Below are positions 48,776 through 58,440 of a stretch of 64,000 nucleotides of DNA, piece after piece. Position 1 is the first letter of the stretch. Each line of letters begins with the position of its first letter. This DNA comes from Actinomycetota bacterium. Its GTDB lineage: Bacteria; Actinomycetota; Thermoleophilia; Gaiellales; Gaiellaceae. The translations under genes and the position numbers were made by a program. The stretch is taken from positions 1,543 to 65,542 of the forward strand of contig JBKPSO010000085.1 in the NCBI GenBank assembly GCA_046735055.1. Direction: 5' to 3'. The notes beneath the pieces were generated by a model. The model made no database searches and was not told where the DNA came from. It saw nothing but the letters and a program-made list of their open reading frames with translations.

Positions 48776-49564
48776 ATGCCAGGCGTGACGGTTCCGCGCT
48801 GCCTGACGATCGCCGGCTCCGACTCGGGCGGTGGGGCCGGGATCCAGGCCGACCTGAAGGCCTTTGCCGCGGCGGGGTGCCACGGCGCCTCGGCGATCGT
48901 CGCGCTCACCGCACAGAACACCCTCGGCGTGACCGACGTGCTCGAGGTGCCGCCGGAGTTCGTCCGCGCGCAGCTCGAGGCCGTCTTCTCGGACATCGGT
49001 GTCGACGCGGCGAAGACCGGGATGCTCTTCTCCGCGCGGATCATCGAGACCGTCGCCGAGTTCCTGGCCGAGCACCCGGTGCCGCTCGTCGTCGACCCGG
49101 TGATGATCGCGAGCTCCGGTGCGAAGCTCCTGCAGGACGATGCGGTCGACGTGCTCGTCGGACGGCTCTTTCCCCTCGCGACTGTCATCACTCCGAACAG
49201 GTTCGAGGCCGAAGCGCTCGTCGAAGGGTCAGGCTCGAGCCTGACCGTGCTCGCGGAGCGGCTCCACGAGCTGGGCGCGCCGGCTGTGATCGTCACCGGG
49301 GGGCATGGCCCAGACCGCGTCGACCACCTCTTCGACGGCCGGGAGCACCTCCAGATCCCGATCGAGCGGCACGACGTCGCTGCCACGCACGGCGCCGGCT
49401 GCACCCACTCCGCGACCCTCGCTGCGCTGCTCGCGAGGGGTCTGACCCTCGAGGAGGCGGCCCGAGGTGCCGCAGAGGCAGCCTCGCGCGCGGTCGAGAA
49501 CGGCCTGACCGAGATCGGCGCCGGCGAAGGACCGGTCGATGTCCTCGGGATCGCGGCTCGCTGA
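48776..49564 (+). CDS. thiD: Hydroxymethylpyrimidine/phosphomethylpyrimidine kinase
   Basis: [19 protein letters not shown]...VVDPVM...GAGCT motifs. Confidence 0.85.
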   Translation: MPGVTVPRCLTIAGSDSGGGAGIQADLKAFAAAGCHGASAIVALTAQNTLGVTDVLEVPPEFVRAQLEAVFSDIGVDAAKTGMLFSARIIETVAEFLAEHPVPLVVDPVMIASSGAKLLQDDAVDVLVGRLFPLATVITPNRFEAEALVEGSGSSLTVLAERLHELGAPAVIVTGGHGPDRVDHLFDGREHLQIPIERHDVAATHGAGCTHSATLAALLARGLTLEEAARGAAEAASRAVENGLTEIGAGEGPVDVLGIAAR

Positions 49565-50369
49565 CCTCGGCGAGCTCGGGCTGCTCGCGGAGCTGGAGCG
49601 CCGCGGCCTCGCCGTCCGCATCGAGAACGATGCGGCCGAGCTCTCCGGGGGCCGCGTCGTCACCCAGGACGTCCTCGTCGAGGGCGTCCACTTCCGGCTC
49701 GACTGGATCTCGTGGCGGGACCTCGGCTTTCGTGCGGCCGCCGTCAACCTCAGCGACCTAGCCGCGTCGGGGGCCGAGCCCGAGGGCCTGATCGTGACAC
49801 TCGCCGTCTCCGCCGAGACGGGGCTCGACGACGTCCTCGAGCTCTACCAGGGCCTCGGTGACTCGGGCGTCCCGGTGCTCGGCGGCGACACCTCGGCTTC
49901 GGACCGGCTGGTGCTTAGCGTCACAGCGCTCGGCCGCTCCGAGCGGGTCCCCGGCCGTGGAGGTGCGAAGCCTGGCGACGTGCTCGTCCTCACCGGCCCG
50001 CTCGGTGCCGCCGGCGCCGCCTTCCGCGAGCAGCGTTACGTCCGGCCGCCGGTTCGCCTCGAGGAAGGCCGCGCACTCGCCCGGACCGCGCACGCGCTGA
50101 TCGACGTCTCGGATGGGCTCGCAGTGGACGCCGGTCACGTCGCCGCCCGCTCGGGCTGCCGGCTCGTGATCGAACTGGAGCGAGTCCCGCTCGCCGCGGG
50201 CGCGACGATCGAGGATCTCGCCTTCGGCGAGGACTACGAGCTCCTTGCCGCAGTCCCGGACGCGCAGAGCTTCGCCGAGATCGGCCGTTGCGACGAGGGC
50301 GAGGGCGTCGAGCTGCTGCTCGGCGGCGAACCCGTGGAGCTACCGGGCTTCGAGCACTTTCGCCGCTAG
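49539..50369 (+). CDS. thiL: Thiamine-monophosphate kinase
   Basis: LGELGLL...DVLVEGVHF...AVNLSDLAA...GGDT motifs. Confidence 0.85.
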   Translation: MSSGSRLADLGELGLLAELERRGLAVRIENDAAELSGGRVVTQDVLVEGVHFRLDWISWRDLGFRAAAVNLSDLAASGAEPEGLIVTLAVSAETGLDDVLELYQGLGDSGVPVLGGDTSASDRLVLSVTALGRSERVPGRGGAKPGDVLVLTGPLGAAGAAFREQRYVRPPVRLEEGRALARTAHALIDVSDGLAVDAGHVAARSGCRLVIELERVPLAAGATIEDLAFGEDYELLAAVPDAQSFAEIGRCDEGEGVELLLGGEPVELPGFEHFRR

Positions 50370-50683
50370 CCGAGCCAGCGCGCGAAGGTCTGCTCGAAGT
50401 ACTCGCGCGGCCGGGCGCCGACGACCGCCTCGTGCCGCTCGCCGCCCGCGAAGAGGATCACGGTCGGGATCGAGAGCACGCCGAGCTCCGCCGCGCGCGC
50501 GGGGTGCTCGTCGATGTTCACCTTCACGAACGCGAGCCGCCCGCCGTGCTCGGCCTCGAGCTCGCCGAGCAGCTTGTCGACTGCCTTGCACGGGCCGCAC
50601 GAGGGTGCCCAGAAGTCGACGAAGACCGGCCGGTCGGCGCCGAGCACGTCCGCGGCGAAGCTCTCGTCGGTGACCTCGACCAC
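50366..50683 (-). CDS. trxA: Thioredoxin
   Basis: VDFWAPSCGPCK active site. Start placed at GTG 50683 after GGAGCGGAG. Confidence 0.85.
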   Translation of the reverse strand: MVEVTDESFAADVLGADRPVFVDFWAPSCGPCKAVDKLLGELEAEHGGRLAFVKVNIDEHPARAAELGVLSIPTVILFAGGERHEAVVGARPREYFEQTFARWLG

Positions 50684-50748
50684 GTTACTCCGCTCCGGCG
50701 CCGGCGAAGCCGGCACCTCCGCTTCCGGATGCAATGTCGAGCATTTTG

Positions 50749-51471
50749 TCAGCGTAGACGGCCGAGCAAAGCCAGCGCCCCGAGGTAGGGGACGCGCCAG
50801 ACCGCCTCCAAGGCGATCGCCGGGGTCATCTTCGAGGTTCCCACCCGGCGGTCGACGAACCGGATCGGCACCTCCAGCACGCGGAACCCGGCCCGCTCGG
50901 CGCGGTAGGTGGTCTCGATCTGGAACGCGTACCCGCGTGCGGAGACGGCGCCGAGGTCGATCGTCTCCAGCACCTCGCGCCGGTAGCACTTGAAACCACC
51001 CGTCAGGTCGTGCACCGGCGCCCAGAGCAGCGCCTGCGCGTAGAGCGATCCCGCGCGGGAGACGAATCGCCGCGCCGCGCCCCAGTTCTCGATCCGGCCG
51101 CCGTGGACGTAGCGCGAGCCGAGCACGAGGTCGGCCTCGGCGGCTGCCGCGATCAGCCGCGGGACGTCGTCGGGATCGTGGGAAAAGTCGCAGTCCATCT
51201 CGAGCACGAGCTCGGAGCCGTCGGCGAGCGCCCGCCGGAAGCCGGCGAGATACGCGGGGCCCAGCCCATCCTTGACCGGCCTGTGCAGCACCGTGACGCG
51301 CGGGTCTTCCGCACTGAGCCGCTCGGCGAGCTCGCCGGTCCCGTCGGGCGAGCTGTCGTCGATCACGAGGATCTGGTCGTCCGGCCCCAGCCGCTCGAGG
51401 AGGGCTGCGACCATCGGCCCGATGTTCTCGCGCTCGTTGTAGGTGGGGAGGCACACGGTTGCCCTGGGCAC
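50749..51471 (-). CDS. GT2 polyprenol/dolichol-phosphate mannosyltransferase-like (Ppm1-type)
   Basis: PTYNERENI...VIDDSSPDGT...MDCDFSHDP motifs. Confidence 0.8.
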   Translation of the reverse strand: MPRATVCLPTYNERENIGPMVAALLERLGPDDQILVIDDSSPDGTGELAERLSAEDPRVTVLHRPVKDGLGPAYLAGFRRALADGSELVLEMDCDFSHDPDDVPRLIAAAAEADLVLGSRYVHGGRIENWGAARRFVSRAGSLYAQALLWAPVHDLTGGFKCYRREVLETIDLGAVSARGYAFQIETTYRAERAGFRVLEVPIRFVDRRVGTSKMTPAIALEAVWRVPYLGALALLGRLR

Positions 51472-51478
51472 GCGGCCT

Positions 51479-53197
51479 ATGATCGCGGCAATGGCGGCGA
51501 CGCTTCCGCAGAACGCCGTGGTCGTCGAGCAGCTGGAGCTGCTCGCCGACCTGCTCGAGCTCGAGGGCCAGGAGTCGTTCCGCGTACTCGCCTACCGCCG
51601 CGCCGCCCAGCGTGTGCGCGAGAGCGGCGGCTCGATTGCCCAGCTCGCCCTCGACGGCAAGGCGAAGGAGCTCCAGGGAATCGGCAAGACGATCGAGGAG
51701 AAGATCGTCCAGATCGTCGAGCAGGGCGAGATCGAGGCGCTCGTCAAGCGCCGCAAGACGATTCCGCCGGACGTGGTCGCGTTCATGCGCCTGCCCGGGC
51801 TCGGGCCGAAGACCGCGCGGCGGATCTGGCAGGAGCTCGGCGTCTCGACCCTCGACGAGCTGAAGGTCGCGGCAGAGCAGGAGCGGCTCCGCACGCTCAC
51901 CGGGCTCGGCCCGAAGGTCGAGCAGAACGTGCTCGCAGCGTTGAAGGAGCAGGCGAAGCCGAAGGCGGCCGCCCGCCCTTTACTGGGGAAGGGCCTGCCG
52001 GCGGTCCTGGCGGTCGTCCGGGCGCTCCGTGACCATCCAGCGTCCGACCAGGTCTCGGAGGCTGGAAGCGTGCGGCGCCGGCGCGAGACGTTCCGCGACC
52101 TCGACATCATCGCCACGGCCACCGACGCGCAGGCGCTGATCGACGCCTTCACCGGCTTCGACTGGGTCGCCGACGTGAAGGCGAAGGGCGCGACGAAGGC
52201 GACTGTGATCTCGTACGAGGGCCTCCGCTTCGACCTGCGCGTCGTGCCGCCCGAGTGCTACGGCAACCTGCTCCAGCACTTCACCGGCTCGAAGCAGCAC
52301 AACGTGGCGATGCGCGAGGAGGCCCAGCGCCGCGGCCTGTCGATCTCCGAGTACGGCGTCGCCGAGGTCGAGACCGGCGAGGTGCACACTTTCGCGACCG
52401 AGGAGGCGCTCTACGACTGGCTCGGCTACCAGTTCATCCCGCCCGAGCTCCGCGAGGCCACCGGCGAGCTGGAGGCGGCGCGCCGGCGCGGGCTGCCGGC
52501 GCTCGTCGAGGAGCGCGACCTCCGCGGCGACCTGCACTCGCACACCACCTGGTCGGCGGACGGGAAGAACACGATGGAGGAGATGGCGCGCGCGGCGAAG
52601 GCGCGCGGCTACTCGTACCTCGCGGTCACCGACCACTCGCACTACCTGCGCGACGGCAGGCTCGAGGCACAGGCGGAGGAGCTCGCGGCCCTGAACGAGC
52701 GGCTGAAGCCCTTGCGGCTCCTGCACGGGATCGAGGTCAACATCCGGGTGAACGGGACGCTCGACGTCGCCGACGAGACGCTCGCGGGCCTGGACTGGGT
52801 CGTCGCCTCGATCCACGCCGCCTTCGGCACGAACCCGACCGAGCGGGTCCTGGCGGCGATCGAGAACCCGCACGTCGACGTGATCGGCCATCTGACCGGC
52901 CGGAAGATCAACAAGCGTGGGCCGATGGACGTCGACCTCGATCGGATCTTCGCCGCCGCCGTCGAGGCGGGCACCGCGCTCGAGATCAACTCGCAGCCGG
53001 ACCGACTCGACCTCCGCGACGCCGACGCCCGTCTCGCCGGTGAGCGCGGTGTCCGGATCGTCGTCTCGACCGACGCGCACTCGACCGCGGCGCTCGACTA
53101 CGCGACGCTCGGAATCGGCCAGGCGCGTCGTGCGTGGCTGACGAAGGAGCAGGTCGTGAACACGCTGCCGTGGTCGAGGGTGAGGGCGAAGAAGTGA
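51479..53197 (+). CDS. Family X DNA polymerase with C-terminal PHP domain
   Basis: HhH motifs, the PolX core (LLQHFTGSKQHN) and PHP (DLHSHTTWSADG...VTDHS). Confidence 0.85.
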   Translation: MIAAMAATLPQNAVVVEQLELLADLLELEGQESFRVLAYRRAAQRVRESGGSIAQLALDGKAKELQGIGKTIEEKIVQIVEQGEIEALVKRRKTIPPDVVAFMRLPGLGPKTARRIWQELGVSTLDELKVAAEQERLRTLTGLGPKVEQNVLAALKEQAKPKAAARPLLGKGLPAVLAVVRALRDHPASDQVSEAGSVRRRRETFRDLDIIATATDAQALIDAFTGFDWVADVKAKGATKATVISYEGLRFDLRVVPPECYGNLLQHFTGSKQHNVAMREEAQRRGLSISEYGVAEVETGEVHTFATEEALYDWLGYQFIPPELREATGELEAARRRGLPALVEERDLRGDLHSHTTWSADGKNTMEEMARAAKARGYSYLAVTDHSHYLRDGRLEAQAEELAALNERLKPLRLLHGIEVNIRVNGTLDVADETLAGLDWVVASIHAAFGTNPTERVLAAIENPHVDVIGHLTGRKINKRGPMDVDLDRIFAAAVEAGTALEINSQPDRLDLRDADARLAGERGVRIVVSTDAHSTAALDYATLGIGQARRAWLTKEQVVNTLPWSRVRAKK

Positions 53198-54504
53198 GAG
53201 ACGAAGCCGTCAGCTTCCGCGAGGACGGCTACCGGGCCGTCGACTGGGCAGCGGACTACCTCGACCGCCTGCGAGAGCTGCCCGTGCTCGCGCAGGTCGA
53301 GCCGGGGGACGTCCGGGCCAGGCTGCCGGCTTCCCCGCCCGACCAGGCGGAGCCCTTCTCGGCGGTGCTGCGCGACCTCGACGAGATCCTTCTGCCCGGC
53401 GTGACGCACTGGCAGCACCCGCGCTACTTCGCGTACTTCTCGGGCTCGGCTGCCGAGCCCGGCATCCTCGCGGAGCTGCTCGCGGCGACGCTGAACTCGG
53501 TCGGCTTCCTCTGGCGGACCGCGCCGGCATCGACGGAGCTCGAGCTGGTCGTCTGCAACTGGGTCGCGCAGTTGCTCGGGCTGCCGCCCGGGTGGCACGG
53601 ACATATCGAGGACAGCGCATCGACCTCGACCCTCGCCGCGCTCATCGCGGCGCGGCACATCACCGGCCGCAACGCCGTCATTGCCTCCGAGCATGCGCAC
53701 TCCTCCGTCGAGAAGGACGCACGGATGCTCGGAATGGAGTTCCGCAGCGTGCCGACCGACGACGAGTTCCGCATGCGGCCGGACGCGATGGAGCTGGACG
53801 GCGCCGCCGTCGCCGTGGCCACAGTCGGCACGACCTCCGTCGCGTCGGTCGACCCGGTGGCCGCGATCGCCGATCGGTGCGCCGCCGCCGGAACGTGGCT
53901 CCACGTCGACGCCGCCTACGCCGGCGCGGCGATGGTCTGTCCCGAGCTGCGCTGGGCGTTCGCGGGCGTGGAGCGGGCGGACTCCCTCGTCGTCAATGCG
54001 CACAAGTGGCTGTTCACGCCGATGGACTGCTCGCTCCTCTGGACGGGCCGGCCGGACGAGTTCCGCGACGCGTTCTCGCTCGTTCCCGAGTACCTGCGGA
54101 CGACGGACGAGGGTGCGTTCAACCTGAGCGAGTACGGCCCGGCTCTCGGCCGCCGCTTCCGCTCGCTGAAGCTGTGGGCGGTGCTGCGTTGCTTCGGGCG
54201 CGAGGGACTGCAGGAGCGGATTCGCGACGGGGTCCGTCTCGCGGAGCTCTTCGAGGGCTGGGTGCGGGACGAACCGGGCTGGGAGCTCTGCGCGCCGCGC
54301 CACTTCTCGCTGGTCTGCTTCCGACGGGAGGGCTCGGACGCGGAGAACGAGGCACTGCTCGAGCGTGTCAACGCGAGCGGCGAGATGTTCATATCGCACA
54401 CGAGGCTGCACGACCGCTACGTCCTCCGGCTCGCGCTCGGCAACGTGCGGACGACGGAGGAGGATGTCCGTCACGCGTGGGCCGTGTTACGTGACCTTCG
54501 GTAG
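53194..54504 (+). CDS. Pyridoxal-dependent (group II, aromatic-L-amino-acid type) decarboxylase
   Basis: THWQHPRYFAYF...NAHKWLFTPMDCS (PLP lysine). GTGA overlap with the PolX stop. Confidence 0.8.
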   Translation: MRDEAVSFREDGYRAVDWAADYLDRLRELPVLAQVEPGDVRARLPASPPDQAEPFSAVLRDLDEILLPGVTHWQHPRYFAYFSGSAAEPGILAELLAATLNSVGFLWRTAPASTELELVVCNWVAQLLGLPPGWHGHIEDSASTSTLAALIAARHITGRNAVIASEHAHSSVEKDARMLGMEFRSVPTDDEFRMRPDAMELDGAAVAVATVGTTSVASVDPVAAIADRCAAAGTWLHVDAAYAGAAMVCPELRWAFAGVERADSLVVNAHKWLFTPMDCSLLWTGRPDEFRDAFSLVPEYLRTTDEGAFNLSEYGPALGRRFRSLKLWAVLRCFGREGLQERIRDGVRLAELFEGWVRDEPGWELCAPRHFSLVCFRREGSDAENEALLERVNASGEMFISHTRLHDRYVLRLALGNVRTTEEDVRHAWAVLRDLR

Positions 54505-54527
54505 GAGCGCGATCACGCCCGCGTCGG

Positions 54528-55091
54528 CTAGGTTCGGCTCTCGCGGAGTGCCGCCAGGGCCGCATCGTGGAGCGCGACGCGGTAGCGCCAGAACGCGCGG
54601 TCGGTTGCCAGCAGCCGCGTGCGCAACGGCCCCGCGAGCTCGTCGGGCGTCCCCCAGCGCGCCTCCGCAATCTCCTCGGTGTCGCTGGGCGCGAGCACCT
54701 CGTCGGTCGTCGTCGCCCAGAACACGTGTGTCTGCCACGGGACGTCCTCGTTCGCGAACACGAAGATCGGCTGCGCGAGGACGAGATACCGCTGGAGCTC
54801 GACGTGCAGGCCGCTCTCCTCGAGCGCCTCACGGCGAACGCCCTCCTCGAAGTCCTCGCCGGGTTTGATCCCGCCGCCGGGCGGGCGCCAGATGTCGTTC
54901 GGGAAGTGCGGCTTGCGGATCAGCGCAAGACGGTTGCCGTTCGTGATCAAGAGGGTGACGTCGTGGCGGCGTGACGGGTTGTACGTGATCAGCCGAAGCT
55001 CCCGGTCGCTGATCTCGCCGCGCCAGTCGAGTCGTACCGGCTCGCCGTAACGGGCTCGGATCGGAGCCAGGACCTCCTCGGTGAGGTGCAT
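54528..55091 (-). CDS. NUDIX hydrolase
   Basis: Nudix box GGGIKPGEDFEEGVRREALEESG. Its ATG overlaps the otsB TGA. Confidence 0.8.
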   Translation of the reverse strand: MHLTEEVLAPIRARYGEPVRLDWRGEISDRELRLITYNPSRRHDVTLLITNGNRLALIRKPHFPNDIWRPPGGGIKPGEDFEEGVRREALEESGLHVELQRYLVLAQPIFVFANEDVPWQTHVFWATTTDEVLAPSDTEEIAEARWGTPDELAGPLRTRLLATDRAFWRYRVALHDAALAALRESRT

Positions 55092-55807
55092 CAAACGAGT
55101 CGGCCGAGGAGTCCGGCCAGCGCCTCCGGCCCGCTGACGACGATGTCGGCCGCGGTCCCGAGGTCGTTCGGGCCCTCCTCGGAGACAACCGCGACCCGCA
55201 CAGCGAGGTCGAGCCCGTCCAGCCCGCGGAAGGCGTCGAGGTCGGTGGAGTCGTCGCCGGCGTACAGCGCTCGCCGGAGCCCACGGTCGTCGAGCAGCAC
55301 TCGGATCGCCGTGCCCTTGTCAGCGTCCAGCGGCGGGCGCACCTCGAGCACCTTGCGTCCCCAGCGCGGTCGCAGGCCCGCGGCCGCAGCCCGGTCCGCA
55401 ACCCGGCGCAGCTCCGTCACCGTGGCCTGCTCGTCCTCCGCAGTGCGGAAGTGGAAGGAGACGGAGAGCCGCTTGCGCTCGGCCGGCCAGTCGACCGAGT
55501 CCGCGAAGGCGGCGATCGCCGGCGCCCATTCCTGCGCCCGCGGGTCGAGCTCCAGCCCGTGCTCGCCGACGTAGACGACGCCCTCGACGCCGACGATCTC
55601 GCCGGCCTCGTCTCCCGGGCGCCCGCTGATGCAGGCGACGAGCGCGTAGCGGGCGGCGAGCTGCTCGAGGAGACCGCGCGTCTGCTCGGGGACGACCGCG
55701 TCCTCGGGCCGCGGGACGATCGGCGCGAGCGTCCCGTCCACGTCCAGCAGCAGCGCCGTTTCTCCCGGTCGCTCCGCGAGCCGTTCCAGTAACCGCTCCG
55801 TATCCAC
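55091..55807 (-). CDS. otsB: Trehalose-6-phosphate phosphatase
   Basis: LLLDVDGTL...KGTA...YAGDDSTD HAD motifs. Start placed at GTG 55807 after GAGGA. Confidence 0.75.
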   Translation of the reverse strand: MDTERLLERLAERPGETALLLDVDGTLAPIVPRPEDAVVPEQTRGLLEQLAARYALVACISGRPGDEAGEIVGVEGVVYVGEHGLELDPRAQEWAPAIAAFADSVDWPAERKRLSVSFHFRTAEDEQATVTELRRVADRAAAAGLRPRWGRKVLEVRPPLDADKGTAIRVLLDDRGLRRALYAGDDSTDLDAFRGLDGLDLAVRVAVVSEEGPNDLGTAADIVVSGPEALAGLLGRLV

Positions 55808-55828
55808 CGTCCTCGGGACAATACGTAC

Positions 55829-56170
55829 GTGCTGCTCGTCCTGATCGGACTCGTCGCCGGGTTCTTCAGCGCCCTCTTCGGTGTCGGCGGCGGGATCATC
55901 GTCGTACCCCTCCTCCTGCTCCTCGGCCGCTGGCCGCAACGCCCGGCGATGGCCACCTCGCTTGCCGCGATCGGGATCATCGCCGTCGCGGGCACGATCT
56001 CCTACGGCTTCCATGGGGAGCTGAAGCCCGGTGCGGCGGCGCTCGTCGGGCTGCCGGCTGCGGTGGGAGCGATCGCGGGAGCGTCTCTGCAGCAGCGGCT
56101 GGCCAACCGGACGCTCTCGCTCCTCTTTGCCCTCCTGCTCGCCGTCATCGGCGTGAAGCTACTCGTCTGA
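55829..56170 (+). CDS. Half-size TauE/SafE (DUF81) membrane protein, first half
   Basis: 113 aa, FGVGGGIIVVP motif. Confidence 0.6.
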   Translation: MLLVLIGLVAGFFSALFGVGGGIIVVPLLLLLGRWPQRPAMATSLAAIGIIAVAGTISYGFHGELKPGAAALVGLPAAVGAIAGASLQQRLANRTLSLLFALLLAVIGVKLLV

Positions 56171-56538
56171 TGTGGACGATCATCCTGGTCCTCGCGCTCG
56201 GGTTCGTTGCCGGTGTGCTGGCCGGGCTGTTCGGGGTCGGCGGCGGGATCCTGTTCGTCCCGACACTGACGCTCGGACTCGGTCTCACCCAGCTGCACGC
56301 GGAGGCAACCTCGCTGCTCGCGATCATCCCGACAGTCGCCGCCGGAACGTGGCGCCAGCAGCGGTACGGCAACGTGCGCTGGCGGCCGGCGATCGTGATC
56401 GGGCTCGCGGCGATCGGCGGCGTCGAGGCGGGGGTCGTGGTCGCCGAAGCCGCGCCCGAGTACGTGCTCCGGCGCCTGTTCGGAGCGCTCATGATCGTCG
56501 TCGCTGTGCAGGTCGCGTGGCGGGTACGCAGGCGGTAG
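56170..56538 (+). CDS. Half-size TauE/SafE (DUF81) membrane protein, second half
   Basis: 122 aa, FGVGGGILFVP motif. Its ATG overlaps the preceding TGA. Confidence 0.6.
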   Translation: MWTIILVLALGFVAGVLAGLFGVGGGILFVPTLTLGLGLTQLHAEATSLLAIIPTVAAGTWRQQRYGNVRWRPAIVIGLAAIGGVEAGVVVAEAAPEYVLRRLFGALMIVVAVQVAWRVRRR

Positions 56539-56547
56539 CCTGCGAGC

Positions 56548-56940
56548 GTGTCGGGTATCGAGGACGTCTGGATCCCGCTCGTCGACGAGCCGATCGGGAG
56601 CATCGTCGCTCAGGTCGAGGAGGACCAGCCCGACATCCGCGTGCTGGTCGACTCCCCGCGCCGGCTGCTCGCGTTCAAGACCTTTGCCTACATCAGGGTC
56701 GGCCTCTTGCTCGGGCAACTGCTCGTCGACCACGACCTCGAGCCCTACGACGGGAGCGACACCTGGGTCGAGCAGCTCATGCGAGACTCCGCCCACCACG
56801 CGCGCGTAGCTGCCGAGGTGCGGAAGGTCGCCGAGGAGGTCGCGGCCGAACCGCGCTACTCGGGCGAGGAGAACCTCGGGCCGGACGACGTCGCGCGCGA
56901 GCGCTTCCGCGAGTTCGCCCGGCGCAAGCTCGATACCTAG
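56548..56940 (+). CDS. Hypothetical acidic protein
   Basis: ORF only, no domain recognised. Confidence 0.35.
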   Translation: MSGIEDVWIPLVDEPIGSIVAQVEEDQPDIRVLVDSPRRLLAFKTFAYIRVGLLLGQLLVDHDLEPYDGSDTWVEQLMRDSAHHARVAAEVRKVAEEVAAEPRYSGEENLGPDDVARERFREFARRKLDT

Positions 56941-57734
56941 CGCAAGGCGGCGGCTAGGCTCGCGACCACGAACGCCGCCGCCGAGGTGAGCACGATCGTC
57001 CCGCCGGGCGCGAGATCGCCGTAGTACGCCGTCGTCAGTCCGACGACGACCGAGGCGAGGCCGATCCCCATCGCGATCAGGATCGTCGAGCGCACCGACC
57101 AGGCGATCCGGCTCGCGGCGATCACCGGCAAGACCATGAGCGCCGCGATCAGGAGGATCCCGACGATCCGCATCGAGGCGGCGATCGTCACGCCCGCGAG
57201 CGCTGCGAGGACGACGTTGACGAGACCGACCGGCAGGCCGCTGACGCGCGCTGCCTGCTCGTCGAGGGAGACCGCGACGAGCGTGCGGTAGAGGACCGCC
57301 ACCACCCCGAGCCCGACCGCGCCGAGGACGCCGACCAGGATCAGGTCGCCGTCGGTGACGGTGAGGATCGAGCCGAAGAGGAACGTGAACAGGTTGGCGT
57401 TCAGCGCACCCGCGGCCGAGATGAGCACGACCCCTAGTGCGATGCCCGTGTAGAAGAGAAGCGCGAGCGCCTGGTCTCCGGCCGTTCGCCGGCGGGCGCG
57501 GAGCCATTCCACGCTGATCGCGCCTGCGACGGCAGCCACGACTCCCGTCGCAACGGGCGAGATCCCGATCAGGTAGCCCGCCGCCACTCCCGCGAACGCG
57601 ACGTGACCGACCCCGTCGCCGATCAGGCTCATCCGCCGCTGGACGAGGAAGAAGCCGACCGTGGGCGCGAGCACACCGACGATGCCGCCGGCGGCGAAAG
57701 CGAGCCGCATGAAGTCCGCGTCAAGGATGGACAT
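56937..57734 (-). CDS. znuB: Metal (Zn/Mn) ABC transporter permease (ABC-3 family)
   Basis: FFLVQRRMSLIGDGVGHVAFAG motif and operon context. Confidence 0.8.
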   Translation of the reverse strand: MSILDADFMRLAFAAGGIVGVLAPTVGFFLVQRRMSLIGDGVGHVAFAGVAAGYLIGISPVATGVVAAVAGAISVEWLRARRRTAGDQALALLFYTGIALGVVLISAAGALNANLFTFLFGSILTVTDGDLILVGVLGAVGLGVVAVLYRTLVAVSLDEQAARVSGLPVGLVNVVLAALAGVTIAASMRIVGILLIAALMVLPVIAASRIAWSVRSTILIAMGIGLASVVVGLTTAYYGDLAPGGTIVLTSAAAFVVASLAAALR

Positions 57735-58440
57735 GCGACGGGTCGTGCCACGTGGCGGGCAGGGCGGCAGGGTCGCCGTCGAAGACGATCGTCCCCCGGA
57801 CGAGGACGAGCCGCTCGACGTAGCGCTCGACGGCGCCGAACTCGTGGGAGACGAGGAGGACGGTCGCGCCGAGCTCGCGGTGGAGCTCGTCGAGCAGAGC
57901 GGCGAGTGCTTCCTGGGCGTCGACGTCGACCCCCGCGGTCGGCTCGTCGAGGACGAGCAGCGAGGGCTCGGCGGCGAGCGCCTTCGCGATCAGGGCCCGC
58001 TGCTGCTGCCCGCCCGACAGGGTCGCGACCGGGCGGCCGGCGAGCCCGCCGAGCCCGACCCGCTCGATAGCGGCGGCGACGCGGAGGCGGTCGTCCTTGC
58101 CGAAGCGGCCGATGGGGCCGATCCTCGGCACCCGCCCCGCCGAGACCACCTCCCGTACGGTTACGGGCGACTCGATCCCGAGCTGAGCGCGCTGTGCCAG
58201 GTAGCCGATCCGCCGCCGCTGGCTGGAGCGCGTGGCGGCCTCGCCGAAGAGCTCGGCGGATCCGGTCAGCGGCCGCTCGAGCCCGAGGGCGATCCGGAGC
58301 AACGTCGTCTTGCCGCCGCCGTTCGGGCCCGCGATGGCGACGAACTCGCCCTGCTCCACCGCGAGATCGACGTCGTGCAGGACGCGCGGCCCGCCCGGGT
58401 ACGCGAAGGCGACGTCCTCGAGCGCGATCGTCAGCGGCAT
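57721..58440 (-). CDS. znuC: Metal ABC transporter ATP-binding protein
   Basis: Walker A GPNGGGKTT, signature LSGGQQQR and Walker B LLVLDEP. Confidence 0.85.
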   Translation of the reverse strand: MPLTIALEDVAFAYPGGPRVLHDVDLAVEQGEFVAIAGPNGGGKTTLLRIALGLERPLTGSAELFGEAATRSSQRRRIGYLAQRAQLGIESPVTVREVVSAGRVPRIGPIGRFGKDDRLRVAAAIERVGLGGLAGRPVATLSGGQQQRALIAKALAAEPSLLVLDEPTAGVDVDAQEALAALLDELHRELGATVLLVSHEFGAVERYVERLVLVRGTIVFDGDPAALPATWHDPSHVHP

